In this document: positions 9,038 to 17,233 of the stretch, piece after piece
Layout of the letters: every line of letters begins with the position of its first letter
How positions within the stretch are numbered: the first letter of the stretch is position 1
NCBI GenBank assembly: GCA_016840405.1
Contig: JAEOSK010000032.1
Coordinates: 1 to 28,946, forward strand
DNA from: Candidatus Hermodarchaeum yapensis
Lineage (GTDB): Archaea > Asgardarchaeota > Hermodarchaeia > Hermodarchaeales > Hermodarchaeaceae
Direction: 5' to 3'
DNA: 28,946 bases
Program-made: the position numbers and the translations under genes
Notes under the pieces: generated by a model
Told to the model about the DNA's origin: nothing
Database searches by the model: none
The model's input: only the letters and a program-made list of their open reading frames with translations

Positions 9038-10210
9038 GTGTTCGAGGAACATCGAGAAGGCGAAGTTACGTTTCTTCGTCCACCATTACCAAAAGTTCCA
9101 ACAGCAAGCATGCCAGTTTTTTATAACCCCAAATCTGAGCTAAACCGTGACACTACCATAATTGCTCTCGAAGCGTTTCTTCTGCGCTCTGGTAAAAGTG
9201 ATGTTCGAGTATGCACGCCCCTCGCTGGGACTGGTGTCCGTGCAATCCGTATAGCAAAAGAAGTAAGTGGAATTAAGAAAGTCGTCGCAGGAGATGCCAA
9301 TCCTACTGCGATTGAACTCATTGAAAAAAATCGGAAACTGAATGACCTAACAGAAAAGATAGAAATTCATCATAGTGGGGCCAACCGATTACTAACACAA
9401 TACTCGTCATTTCACCAAAGATTTGACGTGATTGATATTGATCCTTTTGGATCTCCTCGTGAATTTGTAACTTCAGCGATAAGTGCACTAAAACCGCACG
9501 GACTGTTATGCCTTACCGCTACTGACATGCCGGTATTAGTGGGAATCCGTCATGAGACCTGTATTAAACGATATGCAGCGGTACCACAAAAAACTGAATA
9601 TGCTCATGAGCTGGCTTTGCGGATATTACTTGGTTGGGTTGTGCGAGAAGCAGCGGCACAGGATATGGGCTTAAAACCATTACTTTCGTTTTCAATCGAC
9701 CACTATGTGCGGCTGTACTGTGAGGCTTTAGAAGGAGATGACAACACCTGGACCGCTGTGTCCCAGCTAGGATACATTGGTCATTGCAAGATTTGTGGCT
9801 TCCGTTCCGTTTTGCATGGTTTAACTCCTTCGTATTCACCTTGCCCGCATTGTCAAACAGACACCATGCAACAGGCTGGACCCCTCTGGGTAGGCAGATT
9901 TGCTGAAAAAGGATTTATTGAGGAAGTAATCCATCAGGCGGATAATCACACAATTGGCACTCAAAAACGAACAATATCTCTTTTAGAAAAACTCCGGGAT
10001 GAAGTTGAGGGCCCACCCACGTATTATAATCTCCATAATTTGGCTGATAGATTAAACGTACCTGTTCCACCCTTTCGTATTATCATAGATGAACTTCGAG
10101 AGACCAACGAATTTTGTTCACGCACACATTTCTCTCCACACGCAATTCGAACTTCCGCAACCGAAGAACGCCTAACCAAATTGCTCTTGAAGCTCACTAA
10201 GGAGGTCTAA
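9038..10210 (+). CDS. trm1: tRNA (guanine26-N2)-dimethyltransferase
   Basis: VFYNP..ELNRD, AGTGVRAIR, IDIDPFGSP, LTATD, CxxC..CxxC, GPLWVG, SRTHF; GTG start. Confidence 0.95.
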   Translation: MFEEHREGEVTFLRPPLPKVPTASMPVFYNPKSELNRDTTIIALEAFLLRSGKSDVRVCTPLAGTGVRAIRIAKEVSGIKKVVAGDANPTAIELIEKNRKLNDLTEKIEIHHSGANRLLTQYSSFHQRFDVIDIDPFGSPREFVTSAISALKPHGLLCLTATDMPVLVGIRHETCIKRYAAVPQKTEYAHELALRILLGWVVREAAAQDMGLKPLLSFSIDHYVRLYCEALEGDDNTWTAVSQLGYIGHCKICGFRSVLHGLTPSYSPCPHCQTDTMQQAGPLWVGRFAEKGFIEEVIHQADNHTIGTQKRTISLLEKLRDEVEGPPTYYNLHNLADRLNVPVPPFRIIIDELRETNEFCSRTHFSPHAIRTSATEERLTKLLLKLTKEV

Positions 10211-10214
10211 TTCA

Positions 10215-10838
10215 ATGAGCACTTGGAAGAAGAATGAAACCTTTCGCAAGCAGGCCAGAAAAGCTGGATACCGATCCCGTGCGGCATTCAAACTATTAGA
10301 AATTGAACAAAAATTTGGTATACTCAGAAAGGCAAATCGAATTGTTGATCTTTGTAGCGCTCCAGGTTCATGGCTTCAAGTTGCTCAAGAGAAATGTAAC
10401 CAGAGTGATTACAAGATTGTCGGAGTTGATCTCAACTACATACGACCTATTGAGGGAGTTAGCGTTATTCAAGCTTCCATTGAGGAATCAGACCTAGTTT
10501 CACAAATATTGGAACAGTTAACGCTGCCTGCACATGTTGTCCTGAGTGATTGTTCACCCAAATTATCGGGAAAGAAGGTTTTAGATAGAGAGCGCCAGCT
10601 ATGGCAAGCCAAACTAAGCCTTCAAATTGCAGTACAACTCTTGGAAAAAAGAGGGCATTTCGTAACGAAGGTGTTCCAAACAAGTGAATTTCAAGAATTC
10701 ATTACTCAAGTTAAAGACTATTTCAAATCTGTGAAAAGTTTCAAACCAAAATCTTCGTTGAAGCGAAGTCCAGAGATGTATCTAATAGCAAAGGAATTCA
10801 AAGGATTATCTCACCAGTTTAATCCAGACGTTCTTTAA
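10215..10838 (+). CDS. rlmE: 23S rRNA 2'-O-ribose methyltransferase RlmE/FtsJ
   Basis: GYRSRAAFKL, VDLCSAPGSW, VLSDCSP, KPKSS..SPEMY. Confidence 0.95.
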   Translation: MSTWKKNETFRKQARKAGYRSRAAFKLLEIEQKFGILRKANRIVDLCSAPGSWLQVAQEKCNQSDYKIVGVDLNYIRPIEGVSVIQASIEESDLVSQILEQLTLPAHVVLSDCSPKLSGKKVLDRERQLWQAKLSLQIAVQLLEKRGHFVTKVFQTSEFQEFITQVKDYFKSVKSFKPKSSLKRSPEMYLIAKEFKGLSHQFNPDVL

Positions 10839-11154
10839 TCCACGTGTTTAATTTTCCACACAACCAAGGAGTAGTGGGTTGACCTGCTCCACATTGATTT
10901 ATGTCAGGACAAATAAAGCAGGGACAGCCTTGGAGCGTATCCCATTCTGCATCGTCTTTAACCTGCCAAATTACACGAATCACGGATTCTCCGTCATGTT
11001 TCTCCTCAACTTTTTTAATTTGACCATTTTTGCTTAATGAATCAATAACTTCGAGCACCTTGGTCTCTGTTTCTTTCATTTGCTGAGCTAGCTCAGCAAG
11101 AAGTATGCCTTGTTTCCCTGCTCCTTTAACGAGATCGATAGCATGAGATTCCAT
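10819..11154 (-). CDS. TFE beta / RPC34(RPC39)-like subunit: winged helix plus C-terminal FeS cluster
   Basis: N-terminal wHTH (GILLAELAQQ...LSKNGQIKKVE) and C-terminal CPCFICPDINQC-x10-C cysteine cluster; adjacent to tfb; ATG at 11154 lies about 28 nt after a TTTTAT box. Confidence 0.82.
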   Translation of the reverse strand: MESHAIDLVKGAGKQGILLAELAQQMKETETKVLEVIDSLSKNGQIKKVEEKHDGESVIRVIWQVKDDAEWDTLQGCPCFICPDINQCGAGQPTTPWLCGKLNTWIKERLD

Positions 11155-11206
11155 GACAGCTTCTAGGAAGCGGTTCCGCTGGATAAAAAGCCTTTCAAAA
11201 CGCAAT

Positions 11207-11240
11207 GAAAAAGAGAGGAGGAAGGGCGATAAATCGCCCT
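11207..11240 (-). terminator. Hairpin plus pyrimidine/U tract downstream of tfb
   Basis: Perfect inverted repeat AGGGCGAT-TT-ATCGCCCT (11223-11240), followed on the minus strand by TCCTCCTCTCTTTTTC. Confidence 0.55.
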
Positions 11241-11250
11241 ATGATACCTG

Positions 11251-12180
11251 TTAGAGTGGAACTTCGAGATCAAGTTTTTCTACTAGTTCCTTGTAGCGAT
11301 TGCGAACTGTAACTTCAGTGACCCGTGCAACTGCAGCGACCTCTCGTTGAGTTCTTCGAGAATTCGCCAATACACTTGCTACATAGATTGCAGCAGCAGC
11401 AACACCAGTGGGTCCACGGCCACTTGTTAGTCCCTTGTTAGCAGCTTGTTTCAAAATTTGAATGGCTTCCGCTTGAACTTCACCCAGTAATTTCAGTTCA
11501 CTAATGAAACGTGGAACATAGTCAATGGGAGATGTTGGTGGAATTGAGAGACGAAGCTCTCGGGCAATGAATCGATAGCTTCGACCGATTTCTTTCTTAC
11601 CAACTCTTGAAACTTCAGCAACTTCATCGAGAGTTCGAGGTATACGTGATTGGCGGCAAGCTGCATAGAGGGCTGCAGCAGCAACACCCTCAATTGAACG
11701 ACCTCTAATTAACCGTTGTTCAACAGCTCTGCGATAAAGCATCGCTGCAATTTCTCGAACATTTCGTGGAAGCCCTAGGCTCGAAGCCATTCGATCCAGT
11801 TCTGAGAGTGCGTAAGCAAGGTTGCGTTCCGTAGCATCAGATACTCGGATTCGTCGTTGCCATTTTCGCAGTCGATAGATTTGTGCTCGTCGCTTTGGAG
11901 CTAAATCCTTTCCATAGCTATCACGATTACGCCAGTCAATCATTGTTGAAAGGCCTTTATCATGAATTGTAAAGGTAAGAGGAGCTCCAACCCGAGCACG
12001 TTTATCACGTTGTTCTTGATCAAAGGCCCGCCACTCAGGGCCTTCATCAATAATTCGATCGGTTAGAACGAGTCCACAGTTCATGCAGATGATTTCTGCT
12101 CTCGAATAATCCTTCACTAGACGGGTAGTACCACAGTCCGGACAATGAGCGAGTGTAGAAGCACTTACTTCTTTCGTCGT
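11251..12180 (-). CDS. tfb: Transcription initiation factor IIB (TFB); start probably the ACG at 12180 rather than the GTG at 12498
   Basis: CPDCG...CMNCG ribbon, [48 protein letters not shown]. Start placement is explained in the findings. Confidence 0.95.
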   Translation of the reverse strand, partial: TTKEVSASTLAHCPDCGTTRLVKDYSRAEIICMNCGLVLTDRIIDEGPEWRAFDQEQRDKRARVGAPLTFTIHDKGLSTMIDWRNRDSYGKDLAPKRRAQIYRLRKWQRRIRVSDATERNLAYALSELDRMASSLGLPRNVREIAAMLYRRAVEQRLIRGRSIEGVAAAALYAACRQSRIPRTLDEVAEVSRVGKKEIGRSYRFIARELRLSIPPTSPIDYVPRFISELKLLGEVQAEAIQILKQAANKGLTSGRGPTGVAAAAIYVASVLANSRRTQREVAAVARVTEVTVRNRYKELVEKLDLEVPL

Positions 12181-12434
12181 TTCCCTACGCCTCCTTTGGT
12201 AGCCTTTTTCACGAAGAGAGTTGTCCCAGGAGGCACTAAAGTGTCTGTGATTTTTGAATCGGGTTTCAAAGCAGCAAACGGTTGAATAGTTGGACCAAAG
12301 ATATCGATGACTCGACCAATCGGTTTCGAGTGAGATGAAAATAAGCGTGTCCCTAGTCGTGTAGCCTCGTTTAGGCGCGCAATAATATGTCCTTGCGCAG
12401 AGAAATGTAGGACGTGACCAATTCCTTGCAGCAA
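12165..12434 (-). CDS. gar1: H/ACA RNP subunit Gar1
   Basis: [24 protein letters not shown] motif, basic tail; conserved position upstream of tfb. Confidence 0.88.
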   Translation of the reverse strand: MLQGIGHVLHFSAQGHIIARLNEATRLGTRLFSSHSKPIGRVIDIFGPTIQPFAALKPDSKITDTLVPPGTTLFVKKATKGGVGKRRKK

Positions 12435-12497
12435 ATCGACTCCTGGGAAGGCCAGAATGGGTCGTGGGGGGATTAGAAGGTGAGAAATGGACCGTCA

Positions 12498-12515
12498 CTT
12501 AAAAACGTTTGCCTG
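12498..12515 (-). promoter_or_regulatory. Putative BRE/TATA promoter of gar1-tfb
   Basis: Minus strand reads GCAAACG-TTTTTAAG, with the TATA-like box at 12498-12505, in the srp19-gar1 gap. Confidence 0.5.
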
Positions 12516-12625
12516 CTTTTCTGCGCTAATATGTTGTCCTATGTAACCTCTCTAGAGAAAACCACAATAACCCCACATTACTTAGAAAGTTGACGAACTT
12601 TCATATCAAACCCAAGGTTTTGAAC

Positions 12626-12928
12626 TCATCTTGCACCAGCAGCCTTCAAGGTTTTCATGATTTTCGCTAATTCTTTTAACAACTGAGTTTTTGACTGATC
12701 GGGCTGCTTTTTGATAAGAACCACTCCAGGTGTACTCCACCAGCTACAAGGATATCTTGCTTCTTTTTCGACTGTATGCTCTAGATTCAAGCGTTGAGCT
12801 GCGCTGGCAATCATTTTCGTGTCAACACTGGGTAAGGCTAACTTCTTTGGAACTCGTCGTCCTGACTGTCGGCTTCGACTCGCCTCAAAGTATGCTGGAT
12901 ATATGTAATAGTTACCTGATTTTCTCAT
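12626..12928 (-). CDS. srp19: Signal recognition particle 19 kDa protein
   Basis: IYPAYFEASRSRQSGRRVPKKLA, YP..W, KTQLLKELA; ATG at 12928 is the likely start. Confidence 0.93.
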   Translation of the reverse strand: MRKSGNYYIYPAYFEASRSRQSGRRVPKKLALPSVDTKMIASAAQRLNLEHTVEKEARYPCSWWSTPGVVLIKKQPDQSKTQLLKELAKIMKTLKAAGAR

Positions 12929-13026
12929 TCTAAACCGCATCATTAACCCTAATTCCTGGCAAAAAAGGTTTTCATCTTGGTGAGTGGACAAGTTTGAAAA
13001 GTTGCCAGGAAATGAATTGGTCTGTA

Positions 13027-13410
13027 ATGCATGAATTTTCGACGGCAGTCAACATCATTGAAGCCGTAAAACGGGCAGCCAAAAGTTACGGAGCAACCCG
13101 AGTTGTTGGAATCACTCTTCAAATCGGGAAATTATCAATGCTAAACCACGATCAACTACTTTTTGGTCTTGAAATCGCATCTAAGGGGACCATTGCAGAA
13201 AATGCGAAAATAAACATTGAGCCATTGCCCACAAAAATTCGTTGTAGACAATGTAGTACTGAATCGAATGTCACCCAGAAAGGATCGCTCTATGATATTC
13301 TGTCTTCCTTAAACTGCCCAAAATGTGAATCAAATGATGTTGATGTCAGTCAAGGACGAGAATGTGTTGTGAAGGACATTCAAGCAGAAATTGAAGAAAA
13401 AGAGAAGTAA
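13027..13410 (+). CDS. hypA: Hydrogenase nickel metallochaperone HypA
   Basis: N-terminal MHE, CRQC and CPKC Zn motifs, GRE; start at 13027. Confidence 0.93.
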   Translation: MHEFSTAVNIIEAVKRAAKSYGATRVVGITLQIGKLSMLNHDQLLFGLEIASKGTIAENAKINIEPLPTKIRCRQCSTESNVTQKGSLYDILSSLNCPKCESNDVDVSQGRECVVKDIQAEIEEKEK

Positions 13411-13413
13411 CTC

Positions 13414-13794
13414 CTAATCAGTTTTCATCGCATCGACTACGCCACTTTGCCCTGGACGACTAGTAACTATTCCTTTTCCTTTTTCAGTCTCGATTACGGC
13501 GCCTTTGGTAATAATTCCTCGACGATCGAGATCAACATCCGCAGGGTTCTCCAAGACTTGAATAATCTTGACTTTCTCTGATTGCCCCGTGGTTTTGTCA
13601 GTAAGATTAGCATAGGATGCTGCTAGTAGACGAAATTTGTAATTTCCTCCCAGTGCACGTTTTTTTCGTAATTTCTTGTCGCCCATGACCGTTTCGGTAG
13701 CCTGACTACCTCTTTCATATTTGCGGTGTTTCCGTGAAGATCGGCGCCGTGCACTGCTGGGATATCGTTTAGACTTGCCTTGCCATAATGGCAT
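13414..13794 (-). CDS. rps8e: 30S ribosomal protein S8e
   Basis: WQGKSKR, GGNYKFR, RRGIITKGAVIETEKG, VTSRPGQSGVV. Confidence 0.96.
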   Translation of the reverse strand: MPLWQGKSKRYPSSARRRSSRKHRKYERGSQATETVMGDKKLRKKRALGGNYKFRLLAASYANLTDKTTGQSEKVKIIQVLENPADVDLDRRGIITKGAVIETEKGKGIVTSRPGQSGVVDAMKTD

Positions 13795-13909
13795 TTTCGT
13801 TACCTCAGTTTGACACGAGACACAGATAATGAGCTATAAACATTTCGCCATACCCGATAATCACAAAGAACTAAAGGCAAATGTAATTTGAAACTTCATA
13901 CAAGTCAAC

Positions 13910-14956
13910 TTGGTTGTGATGGAAATGCCCACAAAAGAAGCGCTTGTAGAGCTTGCTCATGGTGCTGGCGGTCGTGCTATGGCCCAGTTTCTCAAAGATG
14001 TGATTTTCCCTCATTTCGAGCTTAACCGATTTGAAAATGGTGTTGGGTTACCCGAATCAGATGATGGAGCAACGATTCCACTAGAAAAATCCGAGATGGT
14101 AATTTCTACAGATAGTCATACTGTGTTTCCATTATTCTTCCCCGGAGGGGATATTGGGTCGCTAGCAGCGGCGGGCACCATTAATGATGTCGCTATGATG
14201 GGAGCCCGTCCATTGGTGATTACTAGTGCTTTAGTTATTGAAGAAGGATTTCCCATTAGCAAGCTCGAAAAGATCTTAGAATCGATGGCAGTGACTACAA
14301 AAGAGGATCAAGTTGCGGTTATTGCAGGGGATACAAAGGTTATGCCAAAGGGCGGAGTGGATCAACTAATTATCTGTACAACTGGAGTGGGTTTAGTAGA
14401 ACGTGGAAAAGTGATTACCGATAGTCAGGTGCAAATCGGTGACAAGCTGATAATGACAGGGACTATTGGCGACCATGGTATTGCGCTCTTAGCGAATCGT
14501 GAGGGGTTATCGTTTGAGACCGACTTAGTGTCAGATGTTGCACCCCTATGGTCTTTAGTCCAGCCGGCATTACAAGTTGGAGGGATTCACGCGATGAAGG
14601 ATCCCACACGAGGAGGTCTTGCTGCGGCTTTAAACGAATTTGCGGAAAAATCGGGAATTGGTGTATGGATAGAAGAGGACCAACTGCCCTACCGAAGAGA
14701 AGTGCAAGCAGCAAGTCAAATGCTCGGAATTGATCCACTACAGGTAACCTGCGAAGGAAAAGCACTCATCGCCGTTGATTCAGATAATGCTGATGCAATG
14801 TTGAAAACCATTCAACAGACTAAATATGGAAAAGAGGCGCGGATTATTGGAGAAGCGAGAGAAGATCGCCCGGGTCTTGTAGTCATGAAAACTGAAGTGG
14901 GAGGGACACGTATTATTCAACATCCGTGGGCTGAAGCAATCCCACGCGTCTGCTAG
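13910..14956 (+). CDS. hypE: Hydrogenase maturation carbamoyl dehydratase HypE
   Basis: LAHGAGG, TDSHTVFPLFFPGGDIG, GTINDVAMMGA, GDTKV, KDPTRGGL, C-terminal PRVC; the true start may be a few codons downstream. Confidence 0.95.
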   Translation: MVVMEMPTKEALVELAHGAGGRAMAQFLKDVIFPHFELNRFENGVGLPESDDGATIPLEKSEMVISTDSHTVFPLFFPGGDIGSLAAAGTINDVAMMGARPLVITSALVIEEGFPISKLEKILESMAVTTKEDQVAVIAGDTKVMPKGGVDQLIICTTGVGLVERGKVITDSQVQIGDKLIMTGTIGDHGIALLANREGLSFETDLVSDVAPLWSLVQPALQVGGIHAMKDPTRGGLAAALNEFAEKSGIGVWIEEDQLPYRREVQAASQMLGIDPLQVTCEGKALIAVDSDNADAMLKTIQQTKYGKEARIIGEAREDRPGLVVMKTEVGGTRIIQHPWAEAIPRVC

Positions 14957-15450
14957 CTTATTATCTCACCATTTGGTTTAGAGATAGGGGTAATTATTTC
15001 TCCAAAAATCTTGTCTATATGTTTACTAAGGTTTGGCGCAACTATTGCTGCAGATTGTGAGTGTAACAGTCGGTCACGATATTTTGTTACAAATAGTTGT
15101 GAGATTCGTTTAGCAATTTTTTCTATTGTGATTGGATTGAAATTTTTTGCACTGCATATGACAAGTAATCCTCGGTTTAATTGGTGGAAGGTATAACGAC
15201 ATGGTTCCGTTGTAACCGTTTCAATGTACCCGTCCGTTACTTCTTTGGCAAAGAGGGAGAGAGCAATGAAAAAACCACCTAGAATGGCTGGATCTGGGTG
15301 ATTGGCAGCTTCATTGTATATGCGATAAAAGAAGGGACATCCAGATTCCCGTAAAATAAAAAGTGAGTAAAGACCTTCATGGATACCGTTCTTTGACACT
15401 TCATTTTCAGTGTTTGATTGAATTTGAGGTGAAGAAGTGATACGTGCCAC
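14953..15450 (-). CDS. Stand-alone longin-domain protein (Asgard-type eukaryotic signature protein)
   Basis: Pattern LFILRESGCPFFYR...DPAILGGFFIALSLFAKEV...IETV...YTF...LLVI...KIAKRISQLFVTKY fits the beta-beta-alpha-beta-beta-beta-alpha-alpha longin fold. Confidence 0.75.
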   Translation of the reverse strand: MARITSSPQIQSNTENEVSKNGIHEGLYSLFILRESGCPFFYRIYNEAANHPDPAILGGFFIALSLFAKEVTDGYIETVTTEPCRYTFHQLNRGLLVICSAKNFNPITIEKIAKRISQLFVTKYRDRLLHSQSAAIVAPNLSKHIDKIFGEIITPISKPNGEIIS

Positions 15451-15719
15451 ACTTGGAGCCTCGAGTGTTTCTCGTTTCTCTTTGATTTGTAGAAGGAGAT
15501 ATAAACTCGTTAAGTTCGACGCAATTTACTACTCATACAACCAAGGACTTTGAGAATAAAGTTTGTAACTTGAAATTTTGAGAGTAATAACTAGTTGCTC
15601 AGAGAACTAGTACTTAACAAAACAGAGTGGTAACACTAATTTTGAACATCCCGATGCCCCACAACCCCACTTATCGCCGACTCTCCTTCGCCCTTAAATC
15701 TCATTGTCCCCTAATTCGA

Positions 15720-15835
15720 AACGACCCACGGGTTCTCTGACAGTGAGTTTCCCTTCGGTCAATCGACCGAAAGTTGGTCGAAAAGCAGTCCCGAAAGCCC
15801 TTCGGGGTAGATGGGATAGAGGGTGTAGGGTTACA
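15720..15835 (+). ncRNA. Candidate ~115-nt structured ncRNA (family unknown)
   Basis: Closing stems GACCCAC/GU(A)GGGUU and UUCUCUG/UAGAGGG; hairpin UUCGGUC-AAUC-GACCGAA; GUCCC-GAAA-GCCC-UUCG-GGGU-AGAU-GGGAU with a cUUCGg tetraloop; CTTAAAT TATA-like box at 15693-15699. Confidence 0.55.
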
Positions 15836-15899
15836 CATAGATTCAGTGGCTATTTGATTCAAATAGGTCACAGAATTAAATGAAAATAGTTGAAAAATA

Positions 15900-16463
15900 C
15901 TATTCTCGATAACCTAGGTCCTTGGAAGCCTCAGCCAGTTCCGATTGTTCGATGCGAATTTTTCGTATCATTTGTCGGAGCTGGCCTTTGAGTTTCTCGA
16001 CTTCATTGTCGAAGCCAAAATAGTCGGCGAACATCTCAGTTGTAGTGAGTTCTTTTGTCCGTCCAACTGGTGTGGTCTCGATGAAGCCATGGGCTTCGAG
16101 GGTTTTGATATGTTTGTAACTGTGCGAGCCACGATAAATGACAACGTTTGATTGAAGAATGGGTTGTGATAGGGCAATGTAGATGAGCGTTTTGAGTTCT
16201 CCCAATGAGAGTAGGCCTTGGGGAGCCAGTTTGCCTACTTCTTCGCTTAATTGGGGATCTAATTGTAGAACATAGCGCTGACGTGGAAGGCGAACGATTT
16301 CGAGTGCACCTTTTCTTGACATGTAATCATCTGCTAGCTGCTGAATGATTTCACGCACTCGTTTTAATGTAGGAATCTGGGTGACTTGTTGGATTTCATG
16401 AATTGAGAGCGGACGTCCAGAGATGTAGAGAGCAGCTTCTACTAAGCGCGTTTCCTCGTCCAC
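15900..16463 (-). CDS. scpB: Segregation/condensation protein ScpB (kite)
   Basis: VEAALYISGRPLS, LKTLIYIALSQPI, YRG..SYKHI..L, TTEMFADYFG. Confidence 0.94.
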   Translation of the reverse strand: MDEETRLVEAALYISGRPLSIHEIQQVTQIPTLKRVREIIQQLADDYMSRKGALEIVRLPRQRYVLQLDPQLSEEVGKLAPQGLLSLGELKTLIYIALSQPILQSNVVIYRGSHSYKHIKTLEAHGFIETTPVGRTKELTTTEMFADYFGFDNEVEKLKGQLRQMIRKIRIEQSELAEASKDLGYRE

Positions 16464-16476
16464 TCACTATAACCTC

Positions 16477-17163
16477 CTAACTGTGAGGCTCCTGTACCCA
16501 GATTTGTATATCTCCAAATTCTTGTTCCTGGATAATGCGAATTTTTCCATCACTCAATAGATATAGAAGGCTCAAAAAAAATCGAACAACATCAACATGA
16601 GACATGCCTTTTGCGAATTCAAAAAAGGATATCGTGATTTGGTCACGACTAGCTTCACATAATTGTGAATAGATTTGTTTCATTGACTTTGTGAGTTCTA
16701 CATGAGATATATCGAGTTGTGGAATAAGGATTGGTGTAATTTCCGATTTTGCTCTTCGTCGAGAATACTTTTTCGGAGGGAACACGAGTTCCCGGAGAGC
16801 CTCCAAGAATTCAGCTGACGAAGTCGGGCGAATATTCCGTCGAAAGGGCGGGCGAATAGGAGGAAGGAAGATGTCTTCTTCGATCACCCGAATAATTTCT
16901 TCTTCCTCTCGCCCAAATTCAAGCAAATATTCTGTCTTGAGACGGAGGAGTATGGCTGCTGAGAGGAGAGCACGACCACAGATACGAAAGTCAATGTATT
17001 CAGCTGTGAGTAGACGCCCAATGAACCCGTTTACAAGCTCCGCTAGATCTAGTTCCCATGGACTGATTTTCTGTAGCTCAAGAATGTCTGTCAGAACCCG
17101 CCATGGTTGATGAAACCAAAAGGGTTCAGGGCTAGTTTCTGTCAATGGTGTGCTGTTCTCCAT
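16477..17163 (-). CDS. scpA: Kleisin ScpA
   Basis: PWELDL, GRALLSAAILLRLKT, FLSLLYL..GKI...QEQEFGDI; lies between smc and scpB. Confidence 0.92.
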   Translation of the reverse strand: MENSTPLTETSPEPFWFHQPWRVLTDILELQKISPWELDLAELVNGFIGRLLTAEYIDFRICGRALLSAAILLRLKTEYLLEFGREEEEIIRVIEEDIFLPPIRPPFRRNIRPTSSAEFLEALRELVFPPKKYSRRRAKSEITPILIPQLDISHVELTKSMKQIYSQLCEASRDQITISFFEFAKGMSHVDVVRFFLSLLYLLSDGKIRIIQEQEFGDIQIWVQEPHS

Positions 17164-17233
17164 CGTTTAGATTTGTGTTTTGTAGTATCTGATTAATGCA
17201 TCCTAAATAAAGTGATGTATTATAATGATTTCA

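Noticed and set aside
12181-12498. 106-aa N-terminal extension of TFB given in the ORF track
   Set aside because: It overlaps all of gar1 in another frame, starts within the putative TATA box and shows no TFB-like sequence.
15720-15835. Hammerhead ribozyme, 5S rRNA or SECIS
   Set aside because: CUGACAG is not CUGANGA and no NUH site fits; no 5S conserved loops; no UGA-recoded gene upstream on that strand.
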